DNA from: Alphaproteobacteria bacterium
Lineage (GTDB): Bacteria > Pseudomonadota > Alphaproteobacteria > CBDBCS01
DNA length: 64,000 nt
Direction: 5' to 3'
NCBI GenBank assembly: GCA_965203415.1
Contig: CBDBCS010000006.1
Location: 1,378,394 to 1,442,393, forward strand
The notes beneath the pieces are model-generated. The model had not been told where the DNA came from and ran no database searches. It saw only the letters and a program-made list of their open reading frames with translations. Below, piece after piece: positions 10,049 through 20,842 of this stretch. How positions within the stretch are numbered: the stretch's first letter is position 1; each line of letters begins with the position of its first letter. The position numbers and the translations under genes were made by a program.

Positions 10049-11734
10049 ATGAAATCAGACATTGAAATAGCGACTCAGGCTCGCCTGCGGCCCGTAGCGG
10101 AAATCGGAGACCGCCTCCAGATCCCCCCCGAGGCCCTGTATCCGATTGGGCGCGATAAAGCGAAACTGGACCTCGCCTGGGCCGGGTCTGTGTCTGGGTC
10201 GCTCCCAGAGCGGCCTCAAGGGAAATTGATTCTAGTCACGGCGACCTCGCCCACGCCGGCCGGGGAGGGCAAAACCACCGCGAGCATCGGTTTGGGCGAC
10301 GCTCTGGCTCGTTTAGGCAAACGCACGGCTATTTGCTTGCGCGAGCCCTCTCTGGGCCCGTGTTTCGGGGTCAAAGGCGGTGCGGCCGGCGGCGGTTTTT
10401 CGCAGATTGTGCCGATGGAAGATATCAATCTCCATTTCACAGGAGACTTCCACGCCATCGGGTCTGCCCACAATCTGTTGGCGGCCATGCTGGATAATCA
10501 CATCTACTGGGGCAACGCCTTAGACATAGACCTACGGCGCGTCAGCTGGCGGCGCGTTCTGGACATGAATGACCGCGCGCTTCGCGACATCGTCTGTGGG
10601 CTGGGAGGCCCCAGCAATGGGTTTCCTCGCCAGTCTGGGTTTGACATCACGGTGGCCTCGGAGGTCATGGCGATCTTCTGCCTCGCCAAGGATTTATCGG
10701 ACCTGACCCAGCGTTTAGGCTCCATCATTGTCGGGTGGACACGAGCGCATAAGCCCGTTTATGCCCGCGATTTGAAGGCGCCCGGAGCCATGGCGGTGCT
10801 TCTTAAAAACGCGCTTTGTCCGAATCTCGTTCAAACGCTGGAGCACACGCCGGCTTTCGTGCACGGCGGGCCTTTCGCCAATATCGCGCACGGCTGCAAT
10901 TCGGTGCTGGCAACCCAGAGCGGCCTCGGCCTCGCCGATTACGTCGTCACCGAAGCCGGCTTCGGCGCAGACCTAGGAGCCGAAAAATTCCTCAACATCA
11001 AATGCCGCAAGACGGGTTTGCAGCCCTCGGCGGCGGTGGTTGTCACGACGCTGCGGGCTCTCAAGACCCACGGCGGGGTGCCCTCGAAGGCTTTGGGGGT
11101 GCCCGATGCGGCCGCCCTCGAGCGCGGCCTGGCGAATCTGGAACGCCATATCCGGAACCTCCGGCGGTTCGGCCTCCCTGTTCTGGTCGCGGTGAATCAA
11201 TTCACCACGGACACCCCCCAAGAGCACCGCTTGGTCCAGGATTTCTGCAAGGCTCTGGACACTCGAGCGCATCTCTGCACGCACTGGGCGGAGGGCGGAA
11301 AGGGAGCTCTAGACCTCGCCAAAGACGTTGTGGCGGTGGCGGACCAGCCGCAGGCTGAATTCCAGCTTCTCTATCCGGACAAGGCCGACCTGGCGACCAA
11401 AATAGAGACCGTCGCTCGGACCATTTATGGAGCCGCCGCCATCGAGATGAGTCAGAAAACCCGCGACCAGCTCCGTCTTTTTGAGGATCTGGGCTATGGG
11501 TCTGTGCCTGTCTGTATGGCGAAAACGCAATATAGTTTCTCGACGGACCCGCGCAAACTCGGGGCCCCAGAGGGCCATATCGTGCCCATACGCGAGGTAC
11601 GCCTCGCCAGCGGGGCCGGGTTCGTGGTGGCCATCTGTGGCGAGATTATGACCATGCCAGGCCTGCCTCGCACGCCGGCCGCCGAACATATTCGACTCAA
11701 TCCAGAGAGCGGCGCGACAGAGGGTTTGTTTTAG
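10049..11734 (+). CDS. fhs: Formate--tetrahydrofolate ligase
   Basis: 561-aa ORF. The N-terminus 'MKSDIEIA...' and the P-loop region 'TPAGEGKTT' are recognised, and the whole length resembles FTHFS. Confidence 0.95.
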   Translation: MKSDIEIATQARLRPVAEIGDRLQIPPEALYPIGRDKAKLDLAWAGSVSGSLPERPQGKLILVTATSPTPAGEGKTTASIGLGDALARLGKRTAICLREPSLGPCFGVKGGAAGGGFSQIVPMEDINLHFTGDFHAIGSAHNLLAAMLDNHIYWGNALDIDLRRVSWRRVLDMNDRALRDIVCGLGGPSNGFPRQSGFDITVASEVMAIFCLAKDLSDLTQRLGSIIVGWTRAHKPVYARDLKAPGAMAVLLKNALCPNLVQTLEHTPAFVHGGPFANIAHGCNSVLATQSGLGLADYVVTEAGFGADLGAEKFLNIKCRKTGLQPSAAVVVTTLRALKTHGGVPSKALGVPDAAALERGLANLERHIRNLRRFGLPVLVAVNQFTTDTPQEHRLVQDFCKALDTRAHLCTHWAEGGKGALDLAKDVVAVADQPQAEFQLLYPDKADLATKIETVARTIYGAAAIEMSQKTRDQLRLFEDLGYGSVPVCMAKTQYSFSTDPRKLGAPEGHIVPIREVRLASGAGFVVAICGEIMTMPGLPRTPAAEHIRLNPESGATEGLF

Positions 11735-12067
11735 ATGGATTTTGGCCTTTATTCGGCCGGCTCTGGCCCGCTGTGAGACGGCGGGCGAGCTCGCAGGTGA
11801 ACCCCTCGGGGTAGGGTGCGATGCCCCCCGCCGAGGCCGGTAAACTCGGCGAAACGTGCGAGGGGGCGGTGAAAACCGATACAAGACTGGGAACGGGCCA
11901 GGAAAAGGCCGGAAAAGAGACGGGGCTTGAGAGACCAACTGTTTTTTGCTAAATTTCTCCTGCGGCTCGGGGGAGATTCGGCTTTTCATCGGTCGGAACC
12001 CGCCGCTGCCCATCTTGAGAGGGCTTTATAGGGTATTCCCGCATCGTTTTTTCATTGTTTTTGTATC

Positions 12068-13471
12068 ATGGCTCAGACACTTTACGATAAAATCTGGCGT
12101 GCTCACCGCGTGTGCGAGGACGGGCGTGGTCAGACGCTTTTGTTCATCGACCGCCACCTGATTCACGAGGTCACCTCGCCCCAGGCCTTTGAGGGCCTGC
12201 GTCTGGCGGGTCGGCGCGTCCGCCACCCCGAGTTAACGCTCGCCGTGCCAGAGCACAATGTGCCGACCGAAGGCCGAGCTCAAGGTGTCAAGAACGAAGC
12301 CTCGCGCATCCAGATAGAGACTCTCGTCCAAAATTGCCGGGATTTTCACATTCCTCTGATAGACATGCTGGACGTGCGTCAGGGGATTGTGCACGTGATA
12401 GGGCCAGAGCAAGGCTTTACTTTGCCCGGTTCGACCATTGTCTGCGGCGATTCGCACACGGCGACGCATGGGGCTTTTGGGGCTCTCGCTTTCGGCATCG
12501 GGACGAGCGAGATAGAACACGTTCTTGCGACTCAAACGCTTCTCCAGCGGCCCAGTCGCAATATGCGCGTCCGGATCGAGGGCGACCTGGCGATGGGGGT
12601 GACCGCCAAGGATTTGATTCTGGCTCTCATCGGTCAGATCGGGACAGCAGGCGGCACAGGCTGCGTGATCGAGTACGACGGCCCTGCTATCCGCGCCCTC
12701 TCCATGGAGGCCCGCATGACGCTGTGCAATATGTCCATCGAGGGCGGGGCACGCGCCGGTTTGGTGGTCCCGGACGCCAAAACCTATGCCTATTTGGAGG
12801 GCCGCCCGCTTGCCCCGAAGGGGGCAGCCTGGGAACGCGCCATGGACGCCTGGGGCGACCTCGTTTCCGACCCGGGGGCCGTGTATGACCGCGAGGTCAC
12901 GCTGGAGGCCGCCAGCGTGCCGCCCCAGGTGACCTGGGGCACAAGCCCCGAGGACGTCGTCCCGATTCACGGCCGTGTGCCCGACCCCGCCCTCGAGGCG
13001 AACGCCGACAAGCGGCGGGCGATGCAGCGTTCTCTCGCTTATATGGGACTTCAGGTCGGCCAAGCTATGACCGAGATCGCCGTCGATCGAGTCTTCATCG
13101 GGTCCTGCACCAATGGCCGCATCGAGGACCTCCGGCAAGTCGCCCGAGTCGCAAACGGCCGCAGCGTGGCTCCCACCGTTCGAGCCATGATTGTGCCCGG
13201 GTCTGGTCTTGTGCGCCAGCAGGCCGAACAAGAAGGCCTCGCCGCTATTTTTCAAAAAGCCGGGTTCGAATGGCGCGAGCCCGGCTGCTCTATGTGCCTG
13301 GCGATGAATGGCGACGAGCTGCGAGACAAAGAACGCTGTGCCTCCACCAGCAATCGCAATTTCGAAGGAAGACAGGGGCGCGGCGGCCGGACGCATTTGA
13401 TGAGTCCGGCCATGGCGGCTCTGGCGGCTCTGGAGGGACGTCTCGCAGATATCCGAGACCACCTTTCGTGA
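12068..13471 (+). CDS. leuC: 3-isopropylmalate dehydratase large subunit
   Basis: 467-aa ORF starting '[10 protein letters not shown]...[21 protein letters not shown]'. The aconitase-family Cys ligand motifs 'GSCTNGR' and '[10 protein letters not shown]' are present. Confidence 0.95.
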   Translation: MAQTLYDKIWRAHRVCEDGRGQTLLFIDRHLIHEVTSPQAFEGLRLAGRRVRHPELTLAVPEHNVPTEGRAQGVKNEASRIQIETLVQNCRDFHIPLIDMLDVRQGIVHVIGPEQGFTLPGSTIVCGDSHTATHGAFGALAFGIGTSEIEHVLATQTLLQRPSRNMRVRIEGDLAMGVTAKDLILALIGQIGTAGGTGCVIEYDGPAIRALSMEARMTLCNMSIEGGARAGLVVPDAKTYAYLEGRPLAPKGAAWERAMDAWGDLVSDPGAVYDREVTLEAASVPPQVTWGTSPEDVVPIHGRVPDPALEANADKRRAMQRSLAYMGLQVGQAMTEIAVDRVFIGSCTNGRIEDLRQVARVANGRSVAPTVRAMIVPGSGLVRQQAEQEGLAAIFQKAGFEWREPGCSMCLAMNGDELRDKERCASTSNRNFEGRQGRGGRTHLMSPAMAALAALEGRLADIRDHLS

Positions 13472-14868
13472 GATTTACGTCAACCCGCGGCGGCGGGCAT
13501 ACGGTGGAGGGGGTCGAAGGATTCCTCACCCGGCCGCTTGCCCCGGACGGCGGGCTCTATGTCCCGGTCCCGGAGAGCCTCACGCCTCTGCCCGAGTCCT
13601 TTTTGCGCCGCATGTCGGGCTTGAGCTATGGCCAGCTTGGGACGCATATTCTCGGCCATTTCTTATCGGACACGCTCAACCACGCCCAAATAGAGTCGCT
13701 CTGGTTTGACACGCTCGCGCGTTTCCGCCGCGACGTGGTGGCGCCGCTGGTGCAGCTGGACAGCCAATTGTGGGTGATGGAGCTCTTTCACGGCCCGACG
13801 TGCTCTTTCAAGGATTACGCGCTTCAGCTTCTTGGGCGGCTCTATGGGCATTTTTTTCCGGCAGATGGGCCGAGACTCACGATCCTGGGAGCCACGTCTG
13901 GCGATACGGGCTCGGCCGCTATAGAGGGCTTTCGCGGCCATCCGGCTGCCAATATCGTGATTCTCTTTCCGAAAGACCGGATTAGTCCGCTCCAGCGGCG
14001 TCAGATGACGTGCGTGCAGGCTCAGAATGTGCACGTTTTGTCCATCCGAGGCTCTTTTGACGATTGTCAGGCCCTTGTGAAGCAGTGTTTCCGAGACCCT
14101 CGACTTGGGGCGACCTATCGCCTGACGGCGGTCAATTCGATCAATCTCGTTCGGATTCTGGCTCAAATGGTCTATTACGCTTACGGTGCCAGTCGTCTGG
14201 GCGGACGCGTCGTTTTTTCGGTGCCCTCGGGCAATTTTGGCAATGCGCTGGCGGGGCACTATGCCAGGCGGCTCGGCATCCCGATCCACCACATCGTGCT
14301 GGGTTCCAACCAGAACGATATTCTAACCCGAGCCCTCCAGCACAATGACATGTCCATCCAGAAGCTCGAGCCCAGTTTAGCTCCTGCGATGGATATTCAG
14401 GTGCCCAGTAATTTTGAACGCCTCTTGGCGACGCTGCCAGGGATGACGCCGGCCGAATGTGCGCACCGCATGCAGCACTTCGCCCGAGAAGGCCGGCTCC
14501 GTTTTTCCACCCGAGAATTTTTTCAACTCCGTCAATGGTTCAGTGCTTACGCGTATTCGGATGAGGTGCTCCCAGGAGCTCTGCGCGACATGTATCACCG
14601 GCACGGCGTGATTTTAGACCCGCACAGTCTCATTGGGGTTTTGGCCGCCCGAGCCTATATTCAGGAAAAAGGGCGCGCGCTCAAAGGCCCCGTGGTCGCC
14701 CTTGCCACCGCGCATCCGGCCAAATTTCCAGAAGTCGTCACTCAGGCTTTAGGGAAGCCTCCGCCCTGTCCGGACGTTATGAAAGACCTGGACCAGAAAA
14801 AAGAGTACTTTACAGAGCTCCCGAACTCGAAACAGGAGCTCGAAGCCTATATGGCTCGCCACCTTTGA
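13468..14868 (+). CDS. thrC: Threonine synthase
   Basis: A GTG start overlaps the leuC stop (GTGA). The sequence begins 'VRFTSTRGG...' and has the PLP-lysine motif '[13 protein letters not shown]'. The listed ORF start at 13270 lies inside leuC and is not used. Confidence 0.9.
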   Translation: MRFTSTRGGGHTVEGVEGFLTRPLAPDGGLYVPVPESLTPLPESFLRRMSGLSYGQLGTHILGHFLSDTLNHAQIESLWFDTLARFRRDVVAPLVQLDSQLWVMELFHGPTCSFKDYALQLLGRLYGHFFPADGPRLTILGATSGDTGSAAIEGFRGHPAANIVILFPKDRISPLQRRQMTCVQAQNVHVLSIRGSFDDCQALVKQCFRDPRLGATYRLTAVNSINLVRILAQMVYYAYGASRLGGRVVFSVPSGNFGNALAGHYARRLGIPIHHIVLGSNQNDILTRALQHNDMSIQKLEPSLAPAMDIQVPSNFERLLATLPGMTPAECAHRMQHFAREGRLRFSTREFFQLRQWFSAYAYSDEVLPGALRDMYHRHGVILDPHSLIGVLAARAYIQEKGRALKGPVVALATAHPAKFPEVVTQALGKPPPCPDVMKDLDQKKEYFTELPNSKQELEAYMARHL

Positions 14869-14926
14869 CGTTGAGGCCCCCCGGATCATCCGGCAAGGCC
14901 GAGAGGCTTGCGAGGCTTGTCTTCGC

Positions 14927-15604
14927 TCACAGAGACGCCGTCTTCTGCGGTTTCTTTTTATCCCGGAAACGCGGGGAAGCGGTTTGTTTCGGGCCGCCTC
15001 TGCCGAAATAGGGGACGTGGGGCTTGGTGAAAAAAGGCGTCAGGCCCAGCCCGGCAAAAAAACCGGCAATATGAGCCTCCCACGCGACATCGCTGGAACC
15101 GCTAGAGACGGCGTTGAGAATCTGCAGCCCCAGCCAGCCTAAAACGAAAACAGAGCACGGGACGGCTATCGGCACAAAAAAAACGAGCAAATACGTTTTG
15201 GCTCGGGTGAATAAAATCAGATAGGCGGCCATCAAGCCGCTCACGGCTCCGCTGGCCCCGACGAGGGGAATCCCAGAGTCCTGATTCAAAAGCACATAGC
15301 CGAAAAGCCCGCTCAAGACGGTCACAAACGCGTAGAACAGAAGGTAATTTTTCAGGCCCATGGCGTCCTCGACATTTTTGCCGAAGCTCCACAAAAAGAA
15401 CATATTAAAAAAAAGATGACCCCAGCCGCCGTGCAGAAAGGCGTGCGTCAGGAGAGAACTATCCAGAAAAGAATGCTCGAAAACGGAACTCGGGCGGAGA
15501 CCGTACGTCAGAACGAAAGCCTCGTGTGCGTGATAAGAGAGACCGGTTTGCCAAAAAAACACCCCACAACACGCCAAAACGACGCCTAGAGTCAACCAAG
15601 GCAT
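14927..15604 (-). CDS. Rhomboid family intramembrane serine protease
   Basis: 225 aa counted from the internal Met 'MPWLTLGVV'. The motifs 'HAFLHGGWGHLFFNM' and 'GASGAVSGLM' (GxSG) are present, along with a later His ('AHIAGF'). The upstream 246 codons of the 471-aa ORF are antisense to rnpB. Confidence 0.85.
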   Translation of the reverse strand: MPWLTLGVVLACCGVFFWQTGLSYHAHEAFVLTYGLRPSSVFEHSFLDSSLLTHAFLHGGWGHLFFNMFFLWSFGKNVEDAMGLKNYLLFYAFVTVLSGLFGYVLLNQDSGIPLVGASGAVSGLMAAYLILFTRAKTYLLVFFVPIAVPCSVFVLGWLGLQILNAVSSGSSDVAWEAHIAGFFAGLGLTPFFTKPHVPYFGRGGPKQTASPRFRDKKKPQKTASL

Positions 15605-15710
15605 CCGAGACGCCTTGTTCTTGTTTCTCAGAAAAATAAACACGATTGAAGCAGATTGAGGCAGGTCTGGGCAATAGGGAGGTCTGGGCAATAGACGGCA
15701 AACGCCGCTC

Positions 15711-15719
15711 ACTATAGCA
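15711..15719 (-). promoter_or_regulatory. Extended -10-like element (TGcTATAGT) upstream of the rhomboid gene
   Basis: The minus strand reads ttgTGcTATAGTg about 105 nt upstream of the ATG at 15604. The same motif recurs at 46758-46769 and 51661-51672. Confidence 0.3.
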
Positions 15720-15865
15720 CAAAGTTTTGTGAAAGTCTTGTTCTGTTGAGGCTCGGCCCAAATTCGAACAAGACTTCGAACCCGGGTCTCAATTATAGGG
15801 CAGTATAGGGTCGTATAGGGCAGGGCATGGCTTGCGTTGCGTGTTTTTTTGTCTAGAATAGGGTC

Positions 15866-16348
15866 TCGCAGGTGGTGGACAATCGCGCTTCTGCCGGACC
15901 GCTTTCGAGTCCGCCGCAGAGGTGAGGAAAGTCCGGGCTCTTCGAGGACAGGGTGCCGGGTAACGCCCGGCGAGAGCAATCTTAGGGAAAGTGCAACAGA
16001 AAGCAAACCGCCGAATGGCTGGTTCTGAGAACGTCCCTCGAGGGAAGGGTTTTCGGACGGCGACTCGGTAAGGGTGAAACGGAGCGGTAAGAGCGCCCCG
16101 CGTTCGTGGCGACACGAACGGCAGTGTAAACCCCACCCAGAGCAAGACTTGAAGAAACTCGCACAGCAGCAGGGCTTATACAGGAGTCCTCCGGGCCTGT
16201 AATAGGGCCCCAAGTGCCAGCTCGTCCTCGGGCTGCCGAGTTGAGGAAAGTCGCTCGAGCCCCCCGAGAGGGCGGGCCTAGATGAATGATTGTCAACCCG
16301 CTCGAAAATGGGAGCGGGAAACAGAACCCGGCTTATAGCCACCTGCCC
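15866..16348 (+). ncRNA. rnpB: RNase P RNA, bacterial type A
   Basis: Universal motifs are present in order: 'GAGGAAAGTCCGGGCTC', 'CAGGGTGCCGGGTAACGCCCGG', 'GAAAGTGCAACAGAAAGCAAACCGCC', 'GGTAAGGGTGAAACGGAGCGGTAAGAGCGCCC', 'GTAAACCCCACCC' and 'ACAGAACCCGGCTTATAG'. The P1 helix pairs gcaggtggt with agccacctgc. The ends are approximate. Confidence 0.9.
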
Positions 16349-16369
16349 GATTTTGCCCGGAACTTAGGC

Positions 16370-17713
16370 CTAACTTCCGTACAGCCAAGCGGGGAACGCC
16401 GTCGTCAGTTCCGGGAAGAGCACCAGCACCAGCACACGCACAGCCTCCACGGCGACGAAGGGGAGGACGCCTACAAAAATCACGCGCAGCGGGACCTCGC
16501 GCACGACGCTGTGGATGGTGAAAACATTCAGGCCGAAAGGCGGCGTGATGAGCCCGATCTCGACCACGACCAGAGCCAGGACGCCGAACCAGAGTTTGAA
16601 AAGCTCGGGCTCCATGCCGAAATCGAGCCGAGTTAAAACCGGCCATAAAAGCGGAACGGCCAGAAGAATCAAAGACAGAGACTCCATCACGCAGCCCAGA
16701 ACCACAAGACCTCCCAGGCACAGAAGCAGAACTCCATAGGGGGATATGTCCACCGTGGCAACCCATTCGGCCAAAAAGTCCGGCACATGCGAGCGCACCA
16801 TGAAAATGTTGAAAAGACTCGCCCCCAGCAGAATATAGTAAATCATCGCGGTGGTCTGAGCCGTCTCTAGCAACCCAGCCCGGAGGTCTCGCCAACTCAA
16901 GCCCTCGCGCCCCAGTTTTTGCCGGACCACACCGTGACAGAGCACCAAAAAAGCCCCGAAGGCGGCGGCCGGGGTGGGATTAAAGAAACCTCCGAAAATG
17001 CCGCCCATCACGATAGCGAAAATGAAAAACGGGGCGAGGAGACCTGTCAGACCTCGCAGCACCGCCGCGCGGGACCACGGCCCCCGAGCCGGGGCCAGCT
17101 CGGGGCGTAGGCTGGCCTGCACAAAAACCACCGTCGCGAAAAACACAACGGCCAGAAAAGCGGGCAGAAACGCCGCCGCAAACATTTTGGCGAGATTCAC
17201 CTCTACCAGAATGGCGTAGAGAACCAACACAAGCGAGGGCGGAATCAAAATGCCCAAAGTGCCGCCTGCCGCCAGAACGCCCGTCGTTAAACTTGGGGCA
17301 TAGGCGTATGAACGGAGCTCGTGATAGGCTATTTTGGACACGCTGACACAGGTCGCCAGAGACGAGCCGCAAACAGACCCAAAGCCGGCACTCGTGCCGA
17401 TAACCGCCAAAGCGAGCCCCCCTCGAAGCCGGCCGAACAAAGCATTGGTGCCTCGAAATAGGCCCTCCGAAAGCCCCGAACGCGCCGCTAATTGGCCCAT
17501 CAACACAAAAAAAGGAATCACCGAAAGACTATAGAGACTGAATTGAGCATAAGCCAAGTCCTGAAGCTGAATCAGCAGAACGCGAGGCCCAGCTAGAAAT
17601 AAGACGCCGCCTCCCCCCGTAATCAGGAGCGCATTCGCCACAGGCAGACGGCACAATAAAAGGCCCAGGAGTACAAAAAAACCCGCGAAACCTGTCCATT
17701 GGTCGAATGTCAT
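16370..17713 (-). CDS. dctM: TRAP transporter large permease subunit
   Basis: 447-aa polytopic membrane protein with typical DctM-family N-terminal and central segments. Confidence 0.85.
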   Translation of the reverse strand: MTFDQWTGFAGFFVLLGLLLCRLPVANALLITGGGGVLFLAGPRVLLIQLQDLAYAQFSLYSLSVIPFFVLMGQLAARSGLSEGLFRGTNALFGRLRGGLALAVIGTSAGFGSVCGSSLATCVSVSKIAYHELRSYAYAPSLTTGVLAAGGTLGILIPPSLVLVLYAILVEVNLAKMFAAAFLPAFLAVVFFATVVFVQASLRPELAPARGPWSRAAVLRGLTGLLAPFFIFAIVMGGIFGGFFNPTPAAAFGAFLVLCHGVVRQKLGREGLSWRDLRAGLLETAQTTAMIYYILLGASLFNIFMVRSHVPDFLAEWVATVDISPYGVLLLCLGGLVVLGCVMESLSLILLAVPLLWPVLTRLDFGMEPELFKLWFGVLALVVVEIGLITPPFGLNVFTIHSVVREVPLRVIFVGVLPFVAVEAVRVLVLVLFPELTTAFPAWLYGS

Positions 17714-17823
17714 AGGAATGTCACAGAAATATCTACGGGATTGTCACAGGCCGCAGCCTGCGCGGCGTCTCTTGTCGGCGGGCACACACAGAGACCACCA
17801 GAAAGACGAGAAAAAGGAGCCCG

Positions 17824-18411
17824 CTAGAGGAGCCTTTCCGGGCGGCGTTGGGCCCCGGGTGGCCTGTCGGGTGATGTGTCGGGTGGCTTATCCTCCGGCG
17901 GGGAGGCTAGGCCAACCGCCTTATGCCAGAGGCCCAAGAAGCACAGACCAGACCATAGAGCTAGACTCCCTAAAAGGAGCGGGTAGGCGACCCAGAGCGG
18001 AATGTTCAAAATCGGGGTCCCCGTCGGGAAGGGGGCCTCGAGGTGTTGATAAAACGCGATACTCATACGCCAGAGCAGACACGTAGCAATGACTGCGAAC
18101 GACCCATCCGTCAGCCAGTCTAGCCGGCGCCTCCATTTTTCCGGAAAAGGAAACAGGACTCGGACGTGAACCTGGCGCACAAAGGCGTAGGGCAGGAAGC
18201 AAAAAACAGCCAGAGCCGTTCCCATTTCCACCAACTCAAAGTCTCCCAGCACAGGCCGGGCGAACAGGACATCGCCCAGCGTACTCACGAGAACGAGACC
18301 CCCAAGTCCGCCCAGAAGCCCGCCGCCGACATAGGCAAACCCCGTCGCCAGCACCGTCATAGAGGCCTGGACGCGTTGAGACCAGCGGAGCGAAGGCGGG
18401 GCACCCTTCAC
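17824..18411 (-). CDS. dctQ: TRAP transporter small permease subunit
   Basis: 195-aa protein with four TM segments, immediately upstream of dctM on the same strand. Confidence 0.65.
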   Translation of the reverse strand: MKGAPPSLRWSQRVQASMTVLATGFAYVGGGLLGGLGGLVLVSTLGDVLFARPVLGDFELVEMGTALAVFCFLPYAFVRQVHVRVLFPFPEKWRRRLDWLTDGSFAVIATCLLWRMSIAFYQHLEAPFPTGTPILNIPLWVAYPLLLGSLALWSGLCFLGLWHKAVGLASPPEDKPPDTSPDRPPGAQRRPERLL

Positions 18412-18417
18412 GGTAGG

Positions 18418-19008
18418 TCAGAGGCCCTCGGCCCGGAGGGCGTCTAGAAGGCTCAAGACGGCGGGGTCCTGCCAATCCACGAATCCGTCGGCCCGATAGC
18501 GAACCACGCCTTTTTTATCTAGAATCAAGCTTGTCGGCAGGCCTCGCAACGCCAGAGCCTGCCAGATCTGGAATTGGGCGTCTCGGCCGCGGGGCAGGTC
18601 TTCCAGACCGTTCTCGCGGAAAAAGGCCTCGATAAAAGCGTCGGATTCGTCGTCCTCATTGAGAAGCACAAGCGCCACATCCGGGCGGTTCTCAACCAGC
18701 TGGCGCAAATCGGGGAGCTCTCGACGGCAGGGCGCGCACCAACTCGCCCAGAAGTTCACGACGACGACCCGCCCTTGCGTGAGGTCCGACAGAAAAAAAC
18801 GCTCCGCCCCTATGAGAATAGGCACATCAGGCCAAACCGTTTGCTCTGAGGGCACGAGGACGCCTAGACCTTCGGGTAGGTCTTCGGATGCTCCGCCACT
18901 GGTGGCTCCGCCACTGGTGGCCCCAAAAACGAAGAGTCCCCAGACGAGCCACGCCAGCAGCCTCGTCCTCCTCCTGGTCCGGTTCTCTGTTTTAGGCGTC
19001 CAAGCCAT
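18418..19008 (-). CDS. TlpA/ResA-like periplasmic thiol:disulfide oxidoreductase
   Basis: Thioredoxin-fold motif 'VVVNFWASWCAPCRRELP'. The signal anchor is counted from 'MAWTPKTENRTRRRTRLLAWLVWGLFVFG', and there is an ATSGGATSGG duplication after the signal peptide. Confidence 0.8.
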   Translation of the reverse strand: MAWTPKTENRTRRRTRLLAWLVWGLFVFGATSGGATSGGASEDLPEGLGVLVPSEQTVWPDVPILIGAERFFLSDLTQGRVVVVNFWASWCAPCRRELPDLRQLVENRPDVALVLLNEDDESDAFIEAFFRENGLEDLPRGRDAQFQIWQALALRGLPTSLILDKKGVVRYRADGFVDWQDPAVLSLLDALRAEGL

Positions 19009-20158
19009 GTTTTTCTGTTGCAAGTTGTTGTCGCCCGCCCTCTGGGGCGGTCCGCTCGATAGAGCACGTTTCAAGCGCATTTTCAAGCGTCCGGGTCAGC
19101 TTCTCCACCGAGGGGTTCTGATTGAAAAAGCGTCGCCATTTTGTGGCGTCTGGGCGTCCATAGACCAGACCGTTCAGGACGTGCTGATAGTGCCGCACGT
19201 CAAAACCCGAAGCTTGCCACCGATGGAACCAGGGGCGCATGCGTCTCAACACGGCCAGCCCGCTCGGCGGCGGGGTCGCCGCCGCCGAGGCAGGAGGCGC
19301 AATCTCCCACAAAAAGAGCGGATTCTGACAGATAGCTCGCCCTATCATGACGCCATCAAAGTGCTCGAGGGCCTCTTGGACCTGGTGCGCCGTCCGGATT
19401 TCTCCATTAAAAACGACCTTCAGGTCTGGGAAGCTTCGTTTCAGCCGTCGCGCTTTTTCGTGCTCGATAGGCGGCACGCGCCGATTCTGGCGGGGCGAAG
19501 CCTTCAAAAGAGCCTTGCGGGCATGGAGAATGATCTTCCGGACACCCTGCCCGGCGAGCATCGAAACAAATTCGGCCAGAAACTCAAAAGAGTCCGCCTG
19601 ATCCACCCCGCAGCGTATTTTGACGGTGACGGGGGTTGTCGTGTTCGCTTGCAGGGCCTGCAGGCACGCGGCGACGCGCTGAGGATCCGTCATCAGGCAG
19701 GCTCCGAAATGGCCAGACTGAACGCGTTTGGAAGGGCACCCGAGATTGAAATTGAGCTCGTCGAAGCCAAGCGGGTCCTGACAAGCCGCGGCTCGAGCCA
19801 GCCGCTCGGGGTCGCCGTCGCCCAGCTGGAGGGCGAGAGGACGCTCTATGGGGTCAAAATAGAGCCGCCGTTCCGGCTGCCCCTTGCCATAGAGCAAGGC
19901 TCCGGCGTGGACCATCTCGGTATAGAGCAGCGGCTCGGGGGTGATATGACGCAGGGCGACTCGGAAAAAATGGTCCGTCCAGGCCATCATGGGAGCCACC
20001 GCCACACGAGTGCCTCGGGCGGGGGCGGGTCGCGCAGGCTTTAGGAACACGCCGGGGTACAAGCCGGGACACACACCGGGAGACACACCGGGGTACAAGC
20101 CGGGACACACACCGGGGGCCTTGCTTTTTCCGAGGAGATGGGGCACAATCCCTGCCAT
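18992..20158 (-). CDS. dusA: tRNA-dihydrouridine synthase A
   Basis: Contains 'VAVAPMMAWTDHFFR...' and a Dus TIM-barrel with 'ELNFNLGCPSKRVQSG'. The start is uncertain: Met at 20158 was chosen, and the ORF stays open up to 20350. Confidence 0.85.
   Translation of the reverse strand: MAGIVPHLLGKSKAPGVCPGLYPGVSPGVCPGLYPGVFLKPARPAPARGTRVAVAPMMAWTDHFFRVALRHITPEPLLYTEMVHAGALLYGKGQPERRLYFDPIERPLALQLGDGDPERLARAAACQDPLGFDELNFNLGCPSKRVQSGHFGACLMTDPQRVAACLQALQANTTTPVTVKIRCGVDQADSFEFLAEFVSMLAGQGVRKIILHARKALLKASPRQNRRVPPIEHEKARRLKRSFPDLKVVFNGEIRTAHQVQEALEHFDGVMIGRAICQNPLFLWEIAPPASAAATPPPSGLAVLRRMRPWFHRWQASGFDVRHYQHVLNGLVYGRPDATKWRRFFNQNPSVEKLTRTLENALETCSIERTAPEGGRQQLATEKHGLDA
20048..20119. repeat. Two tandem copies of a 36-bp unit in the dusA 5' region
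   Basis: ccggggtacaagccgggacacacaccggg occurs at 20052-20080 and again at 20088-20116. It encodes PGVCPGLYPGVS twice if translated. Confidence 0.9.
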
Positions 20159-20298
20159 CCAGACTCTTGTTTTCCAACTCTTTTTCCAACTTTGGGCGAG
20201 GGGAAATGAAGGAAGCTCCGAATCAAGACCATCCAGACCGGGCTCAATTCTACCGCCCCCCCGGCGTCGATCCGCACCGAGGTAAAGAGGCGGAGCTG

Positions 20299-20799
20299 AT
20301 GGCCCAAGGTGCGAAACAATTGTCGGTCTTCTGGGGAGACGAGGCCCCACCAGAGGCTCTGTTCCGTCTCCAGTCCCAGGGTCTTGTAGCGCATCGGCGT
20401 TTTTCTGTCAAGCGTCCCGCGGGCCCGTCTAGACGGGGACCCTCAAGACGGCTGGCGGCGGAATCTGGGTCTCGGGGGCCCCGGGTCGGTCGGGCAGAAC
20501 GGGTCATCTGGGTCGATCTTTTCTGGCTCGTTTCGGGGGAGGCGGAGGCGGGTCTGGCGGCGGCCCGGACACGTTTGGAGACCCTTCTGCGAGCGGTGCT
20601 CTCTGGGACTCAGCGGGCCGATGAGACCCTCGAACGCGAAATCGGAACCCTTTTGGGCTATGAACCCGAGGCGATCGAGGCTTTTATCCAGTGGAAAGCC
20701 GACTTGGCGCAATCGCTTCCTGGGGGCGGAGCCTGGCTCGGCGATGCGGTGCCGGCCGCCTCCAGAGCGGAACCCGTCCTAACTCGGGAAAATTCGTAA
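20299..20799 (+). CDS. Hypothetical protein
   Basis: Only the C-terminal ~100 aa ('VIWVDLFWLVSGEAEAGLAAARTRLETLLRAV...YEPEAIEAFIQWKADLAQ') look protein-like. The start is a guess and no family was recognised. Confidence 0.3.
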   Translation: MAQGAKQLSVFWGDEAPPEALFRLQSQGLVAHRRFSVKRPAGPSRRGPSRRLAAESGSRGPRVGRAERVIWVDLFWLVSGEAEAGLAAARTRLETLLRAVLSGTQRADETLEREIGTLLGYEPEAIEAFIQWKADLAQSLPGGGAWLGDAVPAASRAEPVLTRENS

Positions 20800-20842
20800 A
20801 CAGAGCTTAAGCGTCCGCGTGTATGGAATGGAGTGTCACCCC

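Noticed and set aside
12233-13462. A 409-aa minus-strand ORF opposite leuC.
   Set aside because: It is an antisense shadow ORF in GC-rich coding DNA. leuC on the plus strand is unambiguous.
15605-16342. The N-terminal 246 codons of the 471-aa minus-strand ORF 14927..16342.
   Set aside because: This stretch is antisense to a clear RNase P RNA (rnpB). The recognisable rhomboid protein begins at the internal Met at 15604.
20167-20298. The upstream part of ORF 20167..20799 and the dusA N-terminal extension up to 20350.
   Set aside because: The two ORFs overlap divergently here, and neither extension has recognisable protein character. Shorter starts were preferred (dusA at 20158, hypothetical protein at 20299), with low confidence.
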